From the NCBI RefSeq assembly GCF_006345805.1, contig NC_043008.1, positions 28,210,001-28,274,000 of the forward strand: DNA of 64,000 nt, given 5' to 3'. Below are positions 40,576-54,802 of the stretch, in pieces. A program made the translations under genes and the position numbers. This stretch comes from Octopus sinensis. Taxonomy: Eukaryota. Within the stretch, counting starts at the first letter, position 1, and every line of letters starts with the position of its first letter. Below the pieces are notes generated by a model. That model did no database searches. It was not told the DNA's origin and saw only the letters and a program-made list of their open reading frames with translations.

Positions 40576-41483
40576 AATGAATGCTTTTAGTTGCAGACAG
40601 CACAGGTGTATAGTATGGTTGTTTGCAATTGTTTTTCCATTGACGTTTAAAATACACATTTTGATGGATAAACATGTGTACAATGATATCTTCCGGTATT
40701 TACTATATCTATTCGATAATATATACGAATAAATACGAAAAGGTTTGTCAATCTGAACTTCCTCATGAAATAAAAAGAGGTTGCATATCAGTTGGATGAA
40801 GTATCAATTAATCCAGTGAATATTATTCTTCCAGAAGTAAATATTAATTCCAAACGAAACAGGGTGTCACATATCTGACACCCTGTCTGGAATTAGCATA
40901 CCTGAAACACACTGCTTTCAAGTAGGAGACATTATGTGATGAGGATTAAACTAGTGAAACAACTTTGTCAATACCGAACATGTTTCTGTCAGAAATGCCA
41001 ATCGATTGGTAAGGTTAGATATTCAATTTGCTTGCCACTGATGTCAGTAGTTAACTGCAGAGAGCCAATAATTTCCATGTTCATTCGGCAATATTTCCGC
41101 CAATATTCAATGTTACAAGAAAATCAAATCTCTATGAATAATATCTCTGTGAATTAATCACTTTGAGACATATATCTGTTTCTATTATTGTTTGTATAAC
41201 AATCTTCAATTACAGAAATCATCTGCTTCATAAATTTCCTCACCGAAATAATCAATATATTCTTCACTGGAAGAGCTATGTTGAACGTTCCAATAACACG
41301 GCAGAGAAAATTTGAATTTAGATTTATTTCAGAGAGAATTCAGATTTTACTTTTCTAATCTCTAAAAACAAAGAAGGACACACAGATCTGGGTCCATTAA
41401 ATGCGCACGTTACAATCATGCCTATATTCATGTATATAAGATTGTGTATATATATATACACATATGTATATATATATATATAT

Positions 41484-41544
<61 letters not shown>

Positions 41545-43069
41545 ATATATGTGTGTGTGTTTGTGTATGTATGTGTGTGTATGTATGTATATACGTCAAA
41601 ATTCACAAACCGAAGTGAAGAAGGAAATCATGCCTGGAGTCTGCAACCTCATCGATTCAGAGTTTATCGAATTTTCTCAGTGGTATAATTCAATTGATGA
41701 ATAGGAATTGCTCAGAGGTGGGAAGGTAAACTGTTGCTGCTTCTACAGATAATATATTAGTTTCTTATATAAAACTTCATACTAACACCAAAAATATTAA
41801 ACATGGGATACTAAGTAATCCTATTTTCTTACTTATTTCATCATTATTGTTGTGGAAAAATTCTAACCAACCCTCAAGATACAAACTGTGGACAACCTCA
41901 TTGTTATAAAGAAATAACTGTGAGCGATTGGCTGATCGGGTTGGAAAGCAGTTAACTGTCATCCGTGGTTGAGAGCGTTGAATCTTTTGTAGTAGTAATA
42001 GTAGTGCAACGTGTAAATACTTGCTCCCCACAGCTTGGTTATATTAGATATCTCAACATACAAAGATGCAAAAATTAAACATACGTTTTCAGAGGCATAT
42101 TTTCTAAAATTCATGTTTCTGAGACAACCCTTAATCCTGATTTCACTAGAATTGCATCGGAGGGTTTTATGTATGCACTATATTGAGAAGAAAAATCTTG
42201 GAGATTAATATGTTGCAGACCTGATGAGTAGGTTTTGATAGGCTAACACACTCTTTTTACAGGCTGAATATTAAAGAGAATCTTCAATGCAGCTTAAGGT
42301 CCTCTTTTATTTAAAACAATCTACTAAATTCCAAAATCATATTTTGGTGTTTCCATGCGTACCAAAACATTTTATTTGGTTAAACGGAACAGAAAAATTA
42401 ACTTTGTTTTAATACACGGTTCAAACCATCAGTTGTTTAAATTGCAAATATTGTAAACAAATCATATCGCATTATACTAGATTTAATACAATAAGAAAAC
42501 AAGCTGACTAACAATAAATTTTTTCATTGTATTATTTCAATTAGAGTATCAATTATCTTTGATACCTGAATAGTTTGTGAATTGTTGTAATCAATGATCC
42601 TAATAACTTTAAACGGAACTTGTAATCTCTAAAACTCCCATCGTTTTATAAGATTTTCACATTGAAAGCAGAATTACGTTTCCATTAAAAAAGGGGGGAA
42701 AATAATTTTATTTTAAAGCTTCTTGAAATTTGTTTCCGTATTAAGATTTCAAAGCGTTTGAATTTTGTGTATCAAGGAAACAAGCAATGAAATCAGTAAA
42801 GATTTGTACAAATGTCGTTTACACTATATTAGAAATTACTGTCTGTGCAAGTTTAAAGAATTGGCGGAAATATTTCACAAGCATATATAATGTAGTAACT
42901 TTGTATCAATTCATACTGCAGAAATATTACACAGATTGAGAAACAAGTTTAATCCAGGTGGACATGTTTCAGCATAAATGAAACAAGACAGCATACCTTC
43001 GAGTCATTGTTGAGTCATAATTGCTCTCTTACCCGCAGAACCACCGACGCAGTAAGGTTGTTGAGACAT

Positions 43070-43144
<75 letters not shown>

Positions 43145-43929
43145 CCAATCTGATTAGCTATCGCACACACGCACACACACACACACCAAACACACACACA
43201 CACTCACATACACACACACACACATATATATATGTATATACACATATTTATATACATATATATAAATGTAAATATATATATACATATATATATATGTAAA
43301 TATATATATATACATGTATATGTAAACATATGTATATATATATATGTATATATATATACATGTTGTTATACATATATATATACATGTTTGTATATATATA
43401 TATATTATATATATATATATATATTATATAATATATATTATACATATACATTCTGACTTTTTATTTAAAAACTACAACATATTCTCTTAATCGGCAAAAT
43501 AATATTTATTTGTAAATACACATCGAAGTAAAAATTTTAGCAAAATTATTGCAAAACAACGATATATGCTGGTTTATTTATCTAAATTAATAATCATTGC
43601 ATTTGTTGTTTACTTATAGCAAATATTTTCATCAGTTGAACTTCAATAAAACTGAAATGTGTTCGAAATATATGTGATGAAAATAAATTCAAAAGGAACA
43701 AAGCTGCGAACAAATACGAAGCAAAGCGGTAAATGTCAGAAAGGGAAAAAAATCATCTTCGAACAATGCAGGAAATCCAAATACAAACTTCTAATATCAA
43801 TATTGGAAAAGAAATTTGAACAATCCAGAGTTGAAAATTTGTATTTAACATTGCTTAACATTTCAACAGACATCTATACTCTGTTAAAACTACATTGTGA
43901 CAAATTCTGGAAGCTAAATGCGATTAAAA

Positions 43930-44100
43930 ATGAGTAATAATAACAATAATAATAATGATGATGATGACGATGCTGATGATGTTAACAGCAAGAACAACAA
44001 GAACAACAACAACAACAACAATAATAATTGTAATAATAATAAGGGAAGAAGAAGAAGGAGAAGAAGAAGAAGAAGGAGATAAAGTAGAGTAAGAAGAACA

Positions 44101-44149
<49 letters not shown>

Positions 44150-44180
44150 TGATAATAATAATGATAATAATAATAATTAA

Positions 44181-44232
<52 letters not shown>

Positions 44233-44517
44233 TAAGAAGAGAAGAAGAAGAAGAAGAAGAAGAAGAAGAAGAAGAAGAGAAGAAGAAGAGGAAGACGTAA
44301 ATAAATAAATAATTACGTGATAGCACACGAAACGAATATTGTGTTTTTCAATTAGTCATGTATGTATAATACACATTCAGCTTACGTGGAATATAATCCT
44401 TGTAAAACACAGTTGATATATCGATATAAATGCTTCCATATTGGGACCATGAAGGGAATGATGATTATGTTAATGATGAAATAAATAAAATAATGATAAT
44501 AATAATAATAATAATAA

Positions 44518-44565
<48 letters not shown>

Positions 44566-44671
44566 CAGTAGTAGTAGTAATAGTAGTAGTAGTAGTGGTG
44601 GTGATGATGATGATGACGACAACGACGGTAATAATAATAATTTAATAATAATAATAATAATAATAAAATAA

Positions 44672-44702
<31 letters not shown>

Positions 44703-44714
44703 ATAATAATAATA

Positions 44715-44749
<35 letters not shown>

Positions 44750-45185
44750 TAATAATGATAATAATAATATAAATAAATGATAATAACAAATGATAAAAAA
44801 ATATTCAGACAAATACATAACAAAAACACCAGGACTTACAAACACATATAACATACAGAAAATTGCACTACTAGGCACTGCACACATCCTACGCAGAACA
44901 CTTTCCATACAATAACCATCAGAGCATCACAACAAATCACAGCACATACCCAAGGCACACAGAGCTGCGCTCGGTAGTGAAGTGAAAGCACGGTATAAAA
45001 ATAAAACTACTGAATAATAATAATAATAATAATAATAGTAATAATAATAATAATAATAATAACAACAACAATGATAATTATAATAATAACGAGAAGAGGT
45101 AGTTGAAGAAGAAGAAGAAGAAGAAGAAGAAGAAGAAGAAGAAGAAGAAGAAGAAGAAGAAGAAGAAGAAGAAGAAGAAGAAAAA
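43930..45185. repeat. Compound trinucleotide microsatellite field (AAT, AAC, AAG, TAG, GAT)
   Basis: Direct reading. Confidence 0.95.
44790..45012 (+). mobile_element. R4/Dong-like LINE 3' end with (AAT)n tail
   Basis: NIQKIALLGTAHILRRTLSIQ*, followed by a short UTR and (AAT)n. Confidence 0.8.
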
Positions 45186-45334
45186 GAATCCTTTATCTAT
45201 TGGCTGGAGGGGGCTGCACATAAAAACAATTGACCATACACACAGACGAATGTTGTTGACTATTTCAAATCGTGCGTACAAATATTTAAAAATTTAGTAA
45301 CAACAGTAAAAATTCGAACAATAATATTCCTTAA

Positions 45335-46245
45335 GATGAAGAAGCTTCTTTCAAGGGCAACTCACCCTGGGCAACCCGAACGGTTAAAGATAATCGAACG
45401 AGCACCACGGACATGTATTCCTCTCCTTTGCATTCTCTCCGGCCTTCTGACGCATGCTCAAATTAGACGCATTCACATGGATCATCTTCACAACATTCCC
45501 CCAAGATTTAACAAAAGTACTGTGTGAGCCCTCTCCTCTGCCTCATTTCAAGTTAGACATGGAAAAGCCGATGATACCTTGGCCGAAGTGGAAGGTGTCA
45601 GTTTTCAATAATTTCAAACTCGTGTACCGCATCACCTCTTTCGGCATAGCCACTAGGCAGAAGAAAACGGCTTGACCGTCCCAGCCAAAAGAGGTGTAAT
45701 GATCTTCGACAAAGCTCCACAAGGCAGCAATGCCTGAACACTTGAAGAGTGCATGCTGTATGACGGTTATATATAGCCGGGCACATATCTCTGAGCGGCT
45801 TGTATAAAAACACGTCCGTGTTTGTGGCGAACGCGACAGACCCCATTTCATCCACTGCCAATCCAGGGTCTTTTGGAAATTATATCTATCTCCCAGCCCG
45901 AAATTCTTCTTAAAAGATGATCTAATTGAACCTTGCCAGCGCCCAGATTTCCCCCGAAATTCCTTCTGAGAGATCATCTCACTAATTCCTGGCGACGCCC
46001 TGAGATCCACCCACGTCCTTGTCCAACTAGTGGTCTGGACTGAAGCAGAGCAATTTAAATAGTGTTTCTGTCAAGCAAGTTGCAATATTGTTGAACGACG
46101 TGGACATACCTCGCCAAATTTTCCAAGGATTGTTCCTGGTTATTCTTTCCGCCTGTCACCGCTTCTTTTAATCTTAGGGTAGTGCCGATGAAGTCAATTT
46201 CAGAGATATACGACACTATTAAGGTGACAACGTTTACATACAACA
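45335..46245 (-). mobile_element. L1/Tx1-type LINE 3' (post-RT, C-terminal) fragment
   Basis: ORF 45543-46010: QHALFKCSGIAALWSFVE...GQAVFFCLVAMPKEVMRYTSLKLLKTDTFHFGQGIIGF resembles the Tx1/L1 C-terminal HxxxxC region. Confidence 0.6.
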
Positions 46246-46616
46246 ATGCTCTCGATCAATGGTTATACAGGGCTAATGGGAACATTTATGCTTCTACATT
46301 TACTCACACTCATGAGTTACAATCAATGTACATATTTTCAAGTTCCATAAGATTTCTGAAATCTATGAATTGAAGGTGAAAGAAATCACGGATTACAAAG
46401 ATTGCAGAAAAAACTTTCTAACATATGTGAGAGCAGATATAATCAATTCACACATGATTAATGTTATGTGCATGTAAAAAGAAAGGTCATCATGTCACAA
46501 ATCAATGACAATATGCATTCCTTCGCTAACCCGAAGAATATTCATACATGCACAAACACACACATGCATATGTATGTGTGTATGTATGTGTATATGAATA
46601 TATGTGTATGAATTTG

Positions 46617-46657
<41 letters not shown>

Positions 46658-47107
46658 TGGGGGGAGGTGTTATATGTTTATATATATTCATCTGAGTATC
46701 ATACATAATGTAAATACATCGTGAACGGCAATTTATATCGGTATTCTGCTCGAAAAAAATTACTCGTAAAGGCCTGCTCTGTTCGGAAACTCAATATAGA
46801 TCGCAAAGAAAAGAAAATCATTCACGCAAAAGGTAGTGAAATCGCCAAATGCATTCTTCCTACTGAATACTGTCAATAAAGGTTACTCACATAAGACCGC
46901 ATCGTTAGGCGAAACATGTCCCCACCGGTATATAACAAAATTGAGAATAAATATTAACGGGTGTTGCCAACTACCGCTTTGCTGAATAAAATCCATTATA
47001 TGCTACAAAGGCAGCTTTACATTAAAATAACAATGCATCTATTTCCGGCTGTATTATTTCTCCGATAATATCTTTCATAAATGTGTTGTGTTTAAGGATA
47101 TAACAAG

Positions 47108-47150
47108 TATACGAGGGGGCCACTGAAAATATCCTGGCTTTAAGGGTATC
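47108..47150. mobile_element. Solitary mariner-like TIR remnant
   Basis: tatacgagggggccactgaaaatatcctggcttt resembles mariner termini (TA-CGAGGG). No partner TIR found. Confidence 0.35.
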
Positions 47151-47357
47151 GCGAGTCATTTCGAGTCATTTTATAGGGCTGAGTAAAATTGAAAGGGAAA
47201 ATGTTGATTAAAATCATTATTAATTGATCATCCTGTATCTCCTTTAACCCAAGCGAGGAACTTCTCAGTGCTCCATCTCTCTCTTTCTCTCTCTCTCTAT
47301 ATTTTCCACTCTTTCTTTCTATCTCTCCCTTTGTCCCTTTCTCTCTCTCGTTCTCCT

Positions 47358-47407
<50 letters not shown>

Positions 47408-48331
47408 ATATATATCATATATATTGTGTGTGCATACATGTATGCCTACGTAATGTTTGCCGCTCGTAGATAAGCCCCTGCCTAAAATAGAAAAGTAAAC
47501 TGGTCATATGTTTGGGTTTAACAATCTAAGACACAAAAAGAAAGTGCAATTGTTTCAACAAGAGTATAAGCAGTTTGAATGAGTACCCTAGCAGAAATGT
47601 CTTTAACAGAAAAAAGTCATGATGTAAAGATGACTATAAAAGTATAACCAAATTTATTCCTAGCTTCTTATACTTCGTTTGAACAAAAATGTCATAAATG
47701 TGTTTACATAGTGGAGTTTTTCGCGTACTAGTTCAGCATAATCTCATAATTTGCTTCTATGTGCTTATACTCTGTATATATGCGTATTTACGTATAATGC
47801 CCTGTTAGGAAATTGCAAGAAGCAAATCCATTACAAAGTGATGTTTAGTACATATACTCAGAAAAGGTATAAATGCTAATGCACTTTTTATCCAACGATG
47901 TAATAAATCTGTAATTGACGATTTTCTAAACAAGCATCTCTAAATGCTTTTTTCCTCTCCGGTATATGGATATCAAAAATGTTACGATATATTCGCCGCT
48001 TAGATAGTCTCAAAATATCACAAACTATAACAAAGGCATCTAATTCTTCATTGCTAAGATGTATAATTTACCTTTCGCAGAAAATGTTAAAGAAAAATAA
48101 AAAGAGCTGAAGCATGTGAAAGCTTGAACGTCCTTATACAAGGAAATAGTAAAATTAACACGTACGTATATGTACGTATTTATGCATGTATGTATATATA
48201 CACACACTCACCAAGCACACACTCACAAACACAAAAATGTAGGCATATGTTTTTACTATTGCCTCGGGTTGACCAAAGTCTTCTGAGTGGGTTTGGTTGA
48301 CAGAAACTAGGAAACAAAAAGAAGCTCATCT

Positions 48332-48365
<34 letters not shown>

Positions 48366-48528
48366 TATAGGTGAGAAAGTTGGTGTGTGAAAACACGTGG
48401 TTGAATATATAGAAAATAGTAAAAAGTGAAAAAACTACAGAAGGCTTGTTTTAAAAGGTTAAAAAATATATATTTGAGTCATTATGTCAGAAGAATGTTA
48501 TAAATTTCATACAATGACATAGTTTTTG

Positions 48529-48568
48529 AAGAAATGACCGGTTTCGCGTTCAGCTTTTCAAATTTCTT
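48529..48568 (-). ncRNA. Minimal hammerhead, family C (U3-A8 core), GUC site
   Basis: Minus strand AAGAAAT-TTGAAAA-GC TGAAC GC-GAAA-CCGG-TC-ATTTCTT. Confidence 0.8.
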
Positions 48569-50172
48569 ACATCGTTATGTTTACGTTGAGAAGTGTGAGG
48601 AGAGTTCCAGAGGTAATAAGTGATTTCTTCCGGTGTAAGGGACGTAATCGCTTAATATTTCTTGCCTTTTTTTTAGTGAGTTTCTCTGTACAAGAATGTT
48701 GGAATCGTTAAGTTTGGGCTTGTATTTTTCAATGAAGAATGTTTCCTTGTTTAGTCTAATTTGTGTTGGTGTTCTGATAGCACATTGGTAAAATGGAAAG
48801 ATTAAAAATTGTGGTAGTAGTTGCTTTGCGCATTTCTCAATGTGCTCACTAAAGGGTATCATTCTGTATTCTGGGAATGCAATCTGTTGTCGATGCAGTG
48901 TGCATCTACGTCTGAGTAATAGTTCCGTGGACCCCACGTAGTTTTGGTGGCAGCCCGAGCATTTTATGACATAAATTATGTTTTCAGAGGCACAAGTAAA
49001 GTTAGATTTGATCTTGAATTTCTGTCCCTCTTTGAAGAGGAATTCTGATCCTTCTAGCATGCTTGCACATGTTGCACAGTTCGGTCTACCACATTTTTTT
49101 ACTTTTGCATCCGTAATTTCAGAAAACAATTTTGCCTTTGTGAGAATCTTTTTAAGTGATTTAGGTTGTTTGTAGCTTTTAATGGTTTGGTGTATGTTTA
49201 GAATTTCCTTTAATTTGGGGTCCTTATGAAGTATTGGTAAATTCTGGGTGATGATGGTGAAGGCTTCTATGTTTCTGGGGTTGTATGTGGATATGTAAGG
49301 TAGTATTTTCGGGGAATGTGTGTTGTTGTGTTGAACTTTTCTTAAAGTTTCTATGTCGATTTCTGTTGCACGTCCGATCCCATCCTCTATGAGTTGAGCT
49401 GGGTAATGTCTGTCAATTAGGGTGTTTTGGGGTTCTTGCAGTCTAAAGTTCCTGGTATTTTGTTCTGACACTATTGTGCATATCCTTCTTGTAAGGTTGA
49501 AGGGGATGTGTGTTAATGTATCTTGGGTGGCATGAATCAAAAAGTAGGTATTGTTTGGCGTCTGTGGCTTTGTAATTAATGTCTGTTTCTATTTTAAGGT
49601 TAATTTCTTTAATTAGTATATCCAAAAATGGGCGCTCTTTTTTTTGGATTCCATTGTGGACCGCATATTTGGGTTTGTGCTGTTCAATAGGTTTTTGAAT
49701 TTTAGGAGTTTATCTGTGTTTTCATTCCAGAGTATAAAACAATCGTCCAGGAATCGTTTCCAATTCTCTTTTATGTATTGAGAGAGGGGGTTTCCAAAGA
49801 TTGATAAAGATTCCTGGTAAATGATTATTTCCAGGTAGCCCATTGTTAGGTTTCACAATTATTGTCACCAAAACTACGTGGGGCCCACGGGTCTATCACT
49901 CAGACGTAGATGCACACTGCATCGACAACAGATTGCATTCCCAGAATACAGAATGATACCCTTTAGTGAGCACATTGAGAAATGCGGAAAGCAACTACTA
50001 CCACAACTTTTAACCTTTCCATTTTACCAACATTCTTATACAGAGAAACTCACTCCAAAAAAAAAAGGCAAGAAATATTAAGCAATTATCTCCCTTACAC
50101 CGGAGGAAATCACTTATTACCTCCCCTTATCTGGAACTCTCTTCACACTTCTCAACATAAACATAACAATGT

Positions 50173-50212
50173 AAAAAATTTGAAAAGCTGAACGGGAAAC
50201 CGGTCATTTCTT
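50173..50212 (+). ncRNA. Family C hammerhead, decayed copy
   Basis: AAAAAAT-TTGAAAA-GC TGAAC GG-GAAA-CCGG-TC-ATTTCTT. Confidence 0.65.
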
Positions 50213-50446
50213 CAAAAACTATGGCATTGTATGAAAAAATTTATAACATTCTTCAGACATAATGACTCAAATATATATTTTTTTTAAAACAAGCCTTCTG
50301 TAGTTTTTTCACTTTTTACTATTTTCTATATACATATATATGTGTGTGTGTGTGTGTTTGTGTGTGTATACATGTGTAGATATATATATATATGTATATA
50401 AATGTGTGTGTGTGTGTATATATATGTATATATATATATATATATA

Positions 50447-50502
<56 letters not shown>

Positions 50503-51056
50503 GTATATGTGTGTGTGTGCGTGTGTGAGTTTTTACGTATGTGTGTGTCCCCCACGAGCGGTGTTGGTTTGTTTATGTTCCCGAAATTTAGCGATTCGGC
50601 AAAGAGTATCTACTAGACCTAAAGAAAAATAAACGCATGTATATACACCTGTCGATTCATTCTACAGCATGACCGCAGTCTCATGAGTGAAAAGAGCAAA
50701 AGGAAAAAGGCAAAAAGTATATACTAGTGGTAAATTTCTTGTCTTTCCATGACATTCAGGTGTTTTGATATTGAGACTTAGAGTGAGAACCCTCCACCAC
50801 ACCCTTTCGCAGCTTAACAGCAATTACACAAAACCTATACTTTAATTATATGTGCTTGATAGTGTTTATTACACCGCCGCTGTTTCTATTTCATAATTGA
50901 ATATATATGTGTGTATGTATACATTTATATACATACCTACATATATATACATACATAATATATATATATATATATATACATATATATGTATGTATGTGTA
51001 TATATATCTATATCTATATAGGTATATATATATATATATATATATGTATATCTATC

Positions 51057-51155
<99 letters not shown>

Positions 51156-52463
51156 ATATTATATATATATATATGCAGCTGCTTTATTATGATTCTCATT
51201 ATGTAGGTCACACTGGACTTATTTCTTTTTTTAGTATGTGCTTTGAGTTTTCCTTTTCCTTAATGATGGCAATACACTAAGTCTCGGGCGATATGGTAGA
51301 AGTTAACTTATATCTTTAATGTGTCTACGTCACTCCTGTCAAAATTTATTATTGAAGAGCCAAGTGGATATCATTATTATTAGTCTGGGTTTTGCCAGAA
51401 ACCTTTGCACGTCTGCCAAAGGGATTTGGAATAATTATTCCACTTATTTACGCTCTCACTACAACTTCTACCAAGCTGGCTATTGATTTCAGGTTTCCAT
51501 AAAATGAATAATTTTCAAGCATTTATTTTACTGATGTTAATGGTTTCCATTCGCGTACTCCCCTAAAAATTTAGAACATTTTGCAAAATTTAGAAACAAT
51601 TGTCACCAGCACATCCCTCCATTTGCCGCTGAAATTTACTTCATATGGATAATTACTTATATTTAATTTTCCTCTTGCGACGTATGGATTTTAAGCATTT
51701 GCAGCCTTTACATATTTTGTTGACGCATCGATTCAAACCAATGCGCATTGCACATTAAAATAATTTTAGCAACATAATATTTATAATGGAACACCTCGAA
51801 ATTAACGTCAACCAAAAGTTGATACTATAAAGTTATGAGGTCGATACAAATTAAACAAAGATTGTAATAATTTCAATCTATGTTTTCAATCAAGAAACGA
51901 CATCAAATGCAGTATCAGGCAAACACACACACACACAGAAACATATGATGGGCTGTCCCGACGAAGAAGACGTATGAGCGTTCGGCTTTTGCCCCAACCG
52001 ATTTGGAGAGATGATTTGTTTCGGGAGATACAAATGTTCGTGCTGCACGTTAGCAAATCGACGCTGAGTGAACTAATGCACACTGTGCCACCCGACATGC
52101 TTCATGCGCCAACGCTCTCTCTCTCTCTCTCTTTCTCTGTCTGTCTGTCAGTCTGTCTATCTGTCTGTCTGTCTGTCTCTCTCTCTTTCTCTCTCTCTCA
52201 CACACACACATACACATACACACACACACATATATATGTACAACAGTCATTTTAATGACTTATTTTTTATTAATTTATCACCCGACGAGATATGTCTGCA
52301 CCACCGGATAATGCTGAACCAGTTTTTGTGTCCCCCACAAGGGGAGTCGATGCTAGATGTGTCCAAACTATTACTGCAATTAATAATATATCCTCGTATA
52401 TTCCATCTTCTGTCTTATATATATATGCATACATATACATCTATATCTATATCTATCTGTCTG

Positions 52464-52564
<101 letters not shown>

Positions 52565-52629
52565 CTATCTATCAATCTCTTTCTCTCTTCCTATATATAT
52601 ATATGTATATATATATATATCAATACATA

Positions 52630-52660
<31 letters not shown>

Positions 52661-53240
52661 ATGTATGTATGTATGTATGTATATTCTCTTATTCGTTTAT
52701 ATGTCTTAGCCTGACTTATAATTGAGGTTACACGAAGTACCAGCGTTGCTAGAAATAAGAGTCGGAAAATATTCAAATATGCTATCAGTTCACTGAAAAT
52801 ATAACAGGCTGTGATATGTCGAGGGACGATCAAATTTTAAGTTACCGTTACGACTGAAATTCGCAAATTAAAAACATAGATATATCTCACGTGAATTCAA
52901 ACGTTGAGTTATTCCCCTTAGTAAACATCAGTAGGTTTCACGGTCGGCCAGGTGTTAAATTTATGCTCTGTTCGTTATGCCTCTCAAAATCGTTTAAATA
53001 CCAGCTGCAAATTCAAACGATATTAGCATATAATTATATATAAACATATTACTAATATTATTAATAAATAAGAACAACAATAATATAAGTGGCCAGGAAG
53101 CATTAAAGCCAAAATACGCTAATTTATAACTTTATAATTAATGATAAATTATAACATTATAAATTTGCCTTTTTGTCTGTAAAGCTTGCTGGCCACTTAT
53201 ATTTATGTTGCAATTATTTATTAATAAAGATACTATTATC

Positions 53241-53272
<32 letters not shown>

Positions 53273-53308
53273 CAACATACATACATACATAATACATACA
53301 TACATACA

Positions 53309-53380
<72 letters not shown>

Positions 53381-53390
53381 CGTGTGTGTA

Positions 53391-53870
53391 CACAGAGGTG
53401 TGGACAAAATAATGGAAACACCTTAAAATTTCAAACAAATTTATTTTAACATGGATTTGAACCGCCTTTGTTAGTAATTAGAGCTTGAATTCTGCGTGGT
53501 ATGGACTCGTACAAAGTCTGGATTTTGTCCGAAGGACTTTTAGCCACTTTTCAGCTAAACCAGTCTCTAGCTCTTGTAGTGATGATGGCCAAGAATATTG
53601 ACTGCTTACTTTTTTTTTCTAAAATCCAACATAAATATTCAATATTACTAAGATCTGGGGTCTGTGGTGGACAGATAAGTTCGCTACAATGTTCCTGATG
53701 CCATTTATAAACACCTTTAGCTGTGTGAATTGGTTCATTATCAATCTGAAAGATTGCGATTTCCTCCGGAAACAGTTCCGCAAAGATATTATGAATTAGA
53801 TCATATAAAATGCTTAGTCTTGAATATTTAATTCTGCCATGAAGGTAAACCATTGGGCCAGCGGATTTCC
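53391..53870 (-). mobile_element. Tc1-like transposon 3' fragment with one TIR
   Basis: FQIDNEPIHTAK...CPPQTPDLSNIEYLCWILEK; TA-cacagaggtgtggacaaaataatggaaacacc terminus. Confidence 0.82.
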
Positions 53871-53933
53871 AAGATACCCCCCACCCCCGATCATCACAGA
53901 TTATCCTCCATATTTAACAGTTGGAAGAAGACA

Positions 53934-54009
<76 letters not shown>

Positions 54010-54011
<2 letters not shown>

Positions 54012-54240
54012 GTAAGTATAATGTATGACAATTATTCGATAGCCATTATAAAACTCCGAGTTTCGGATGCCGAGGTGGAAATCCACGCCGCCATCTCTTC
54101 AGTTATCCGGCCATCGGAAAAATACTTTGAAAAATGACCGTTATACAAAGGGAAATTACTGTGTAATTGAACGTTATTAGACAAGAGCTATTCGAATGAC
54201 CGCTTAGTAAGGGGGTAAAAATGTTAATAGTATTCGCGTA
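54010..54240 (-). repeat. Solo PLE-type terminal fragment abutting (TA)n
   Basis: Contains an HHR motif followed by a short AT-rich tail into (TA)n, like the other PLE ends. Confidence 0.55.
54048..54106 (-). ncRNA. Hammerhead motif, family E (long stem II)
   Basis: Minus strand ATAA-CTGAAGA-GATGGCGGCGTGG ATTT CCACCTCGGCATCC-GAAA-CTCGGAG-TT-TTAT. Confidence 0.7.
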
Positions 54241-54767
54241 AGCGTGCTTGTTCATACCTACACATGTGTGCCTGCACACACACGTGCGTGCGTCTAAAAG
54301 TATACATTCATACACTCGCACTTGAAAACGTACACATCCTCAATTTCATCCTCCACCAAATGTATATGTATATACATACAAACCCACACGCACATGCGTG
54401 CACCATAAAGTTTCATACACACGTCTATATACGCACAAGCACAAGAAAAAACAGGGTTAAGGTTAACAATACAGAAAAAAAGGCATAAGGGAGTATACAA
54501 AGAGTAAACCATGTCTATATACGCACATACACATGTGAACGCACACACACAAGCACGCACACACGCACATATCTATATACGCACATACCCGCACACACGC
54601 ACACATTCACACGCGCGCTCAAACGATACTATATACACGTCTATATATGCACAGGGAAAATGCAGGGTGGAAGGTAGAAACAGAAAAATTTTGTAAAAAA
54701 TATATAAGCAATAAAACTATAAACCAATATCTCTATACTATGTAAGAAATATATGTATAAAAATATA

Positions 54768-54802
<35 letters not shown>

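Larger units (their letters stand above)
48405..50335 (-). mobile_element. 5'-truncated PLE (RT plus GIY-YIG) with inverted duplicate of its 3' part
   Basis: WKRFLDDCFILW, YKATDAKQYLLFDSCHPR, and 319-aa ORF 48581-49540 with CASENIIYVIKCSGCHQNYVGST. 49866-50335 is the reverse complement of 48405-48950 with an internal deletion. Confidence 0.93.
48240..50720 (+). mobile_element. tRNA-SINE split by the PLE inserted into its internal microsatellite (5' half 48240-48335; 3' half 50545-50720)
   Basis: The two halves match the two halves of the intact SINE at 27170-27690, in the same order and orientation. Confidence 0.7.

Noticed and set aside
42950-43000. Minus-strand GAAACATGTCCACC
   Set aside because: No core and no stem II
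46880-46930. GAAACATGTC (palindromic stem III-like) followed by AATAAA
   Set aside because: No recognisable CUGANGA core or stem I partner upstream
51940-52110. CpG-richer unique segment with short ORFs on both strands
   Set aside because: No recognisable domain or clear splice-bounded exon; cannot support a host exon
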